This document shows, piece by piece, positions 54,368-54,711 of a DNA stretch of 54,711 bases (positions are counted from its first letter, which is position 1; the number at the start of each line of letters is the position of its first letter). Source of the stretch: an uncultured virus (IMG/VR IMGVR_UViG_3300009071_002060) (Duplodnaviria > Heunggongvirae > Uroviricota > Caudoviricetes); the IMG/VR virus record IMGVR_UViG_3300009071_002060, positions 62,001 through 116,711 of that record; one strand, given 5' to 3'. A program made the translations under genes and the position numbers. Below the pieces are notes generated by a model. The model saw nothing but the letters and a program-made list of their open reading frames with translations, had not been told where the DNA came from and made no database searches.

Positions 54368-54711
54368 ATGTCAGAAGAGCAACAAGTCAAGAAGAAACTT
54401 GACTGGTGGTGGCACGCCCCCGAATACTTTAGTAGATGGAGATTATTTCCACGTGCTTTTATTAGCATGTATATCTACTTGCTTTATACTGTGGTAACAT
54501 GGTTTATGGCACTCGAAGATCCAAACATGAATCAAGCAGGTTTAGTATCAGTTGTGGTTGGTGCTGGTGCCGCATGGTTTGGATTATATGTTAACAGTGT
54601 TGGTAGCAACAAAGAATCAGAAAGTCCTTTGATGCGAGTTAATACAACGACATCAACAACTACAAGAACAGTTGAACCAGTATTTTCAGACGCAGACAGA
54701 AAAACAAAACC
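54368..54711 (+). CDS. membrane protein, possible holin (truncated by window end)
   Basis: Manually translated MSEEQQ...WRLFPRAF...WFMAL.DP...AGLVSVVVGAGAAWFGLY; two TM segments; TAAATA at 54331; GAGG SD. Confidence 0.55.
   Translation, partial: MSEEQQVKKKLDWWWHAPEYFSRWRLFPRAFISMYIYLLYTVVTWFMALEDPNMNQAGLVSVVVGAGAAWFGLYVNSVGSNKESESPLMRVNTTTSTTTRTVEPVFSDADRKTK

Noticed and set aside
1..54711. Alternative genetic code or stop-codon reassignment
   Set aside because: Known families are full length under the standard code, and TAA, TAG and TGA all end genes at sensible positions.
1..54711. tRNA or rRNA genes
   Set aside because: No cloverleaf with a T-loop GTTCRA pattern was seen in the short intergenic gaps; tRNAscan-SE or ARAGORN would be needed to exclude them fully.
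1..54711. Bacterial chromosome or prophage interpretation given the many host-like genes
   Set aside because: Host-like genes are isolated from their usual operons and interleaved with virion, lysis and T4-like replication genes under phage-type promoters; no integrase or host boundary is seen.

Overview
A gene-dense, AT-rich, roughly 55 kb segment of a large lytic dsDNA tailed phage with T4-like regulatory logic. The host is probably an aquatic Gram-negative bacterium (inferred from spanins, lipoproteins and TRAP/TTT transporter parts). The standard genetic code gives long ORFs. I saw no rRNA, tRNA, CRISPR array or IS element. The window holds: (i) blocks of small early genes behind a repeated sigma70-type promoter cassette (GGTTGAC-TTTTGG-AAA-CGTATA-T-AATAAGGAA); (ii) many TAAATA/TATAAATA late-type promoters, several apparently giving leaderless mRNAs; (iii) a structural block at 26.9-38.2 kb (fibre-like and baseplate-like proteins); (iv) replication and repair genes (ATP-dependent ligase, clamp loader, a DnaE fragment, UvsE); (v) a lysis block (GH19 endolysin, two spanin-like genes, a possible holin); (vi) a wide set of host-like genes (TauD, RpiB, radical SAM, ClpP, a compact malonyl-CoA decarboxylase, lipase, HD alarmone hydrolase, TctA/TctC, a signal-less DctP, IF-1, SOD, ErpA/IscA, MazG, GroES, PyrB, 2OG oxygenase, PTH2, PhoH). 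Two leads stand out. The first is a 1020-aa polyprotein (ParB-like x2, basic Cys/His module, CCA-adding enzyme, HAD deoxynucleotidase, GNAT) with a hydrophobic-X-E motif at each domain junction, suggesting capsid-packaged, protease-released effectors. The second is a phoH 5' leader with a two-state pseudoknot/SD-sequestration architecture. All family calls come from recognising motifs by eye; no searches were run.
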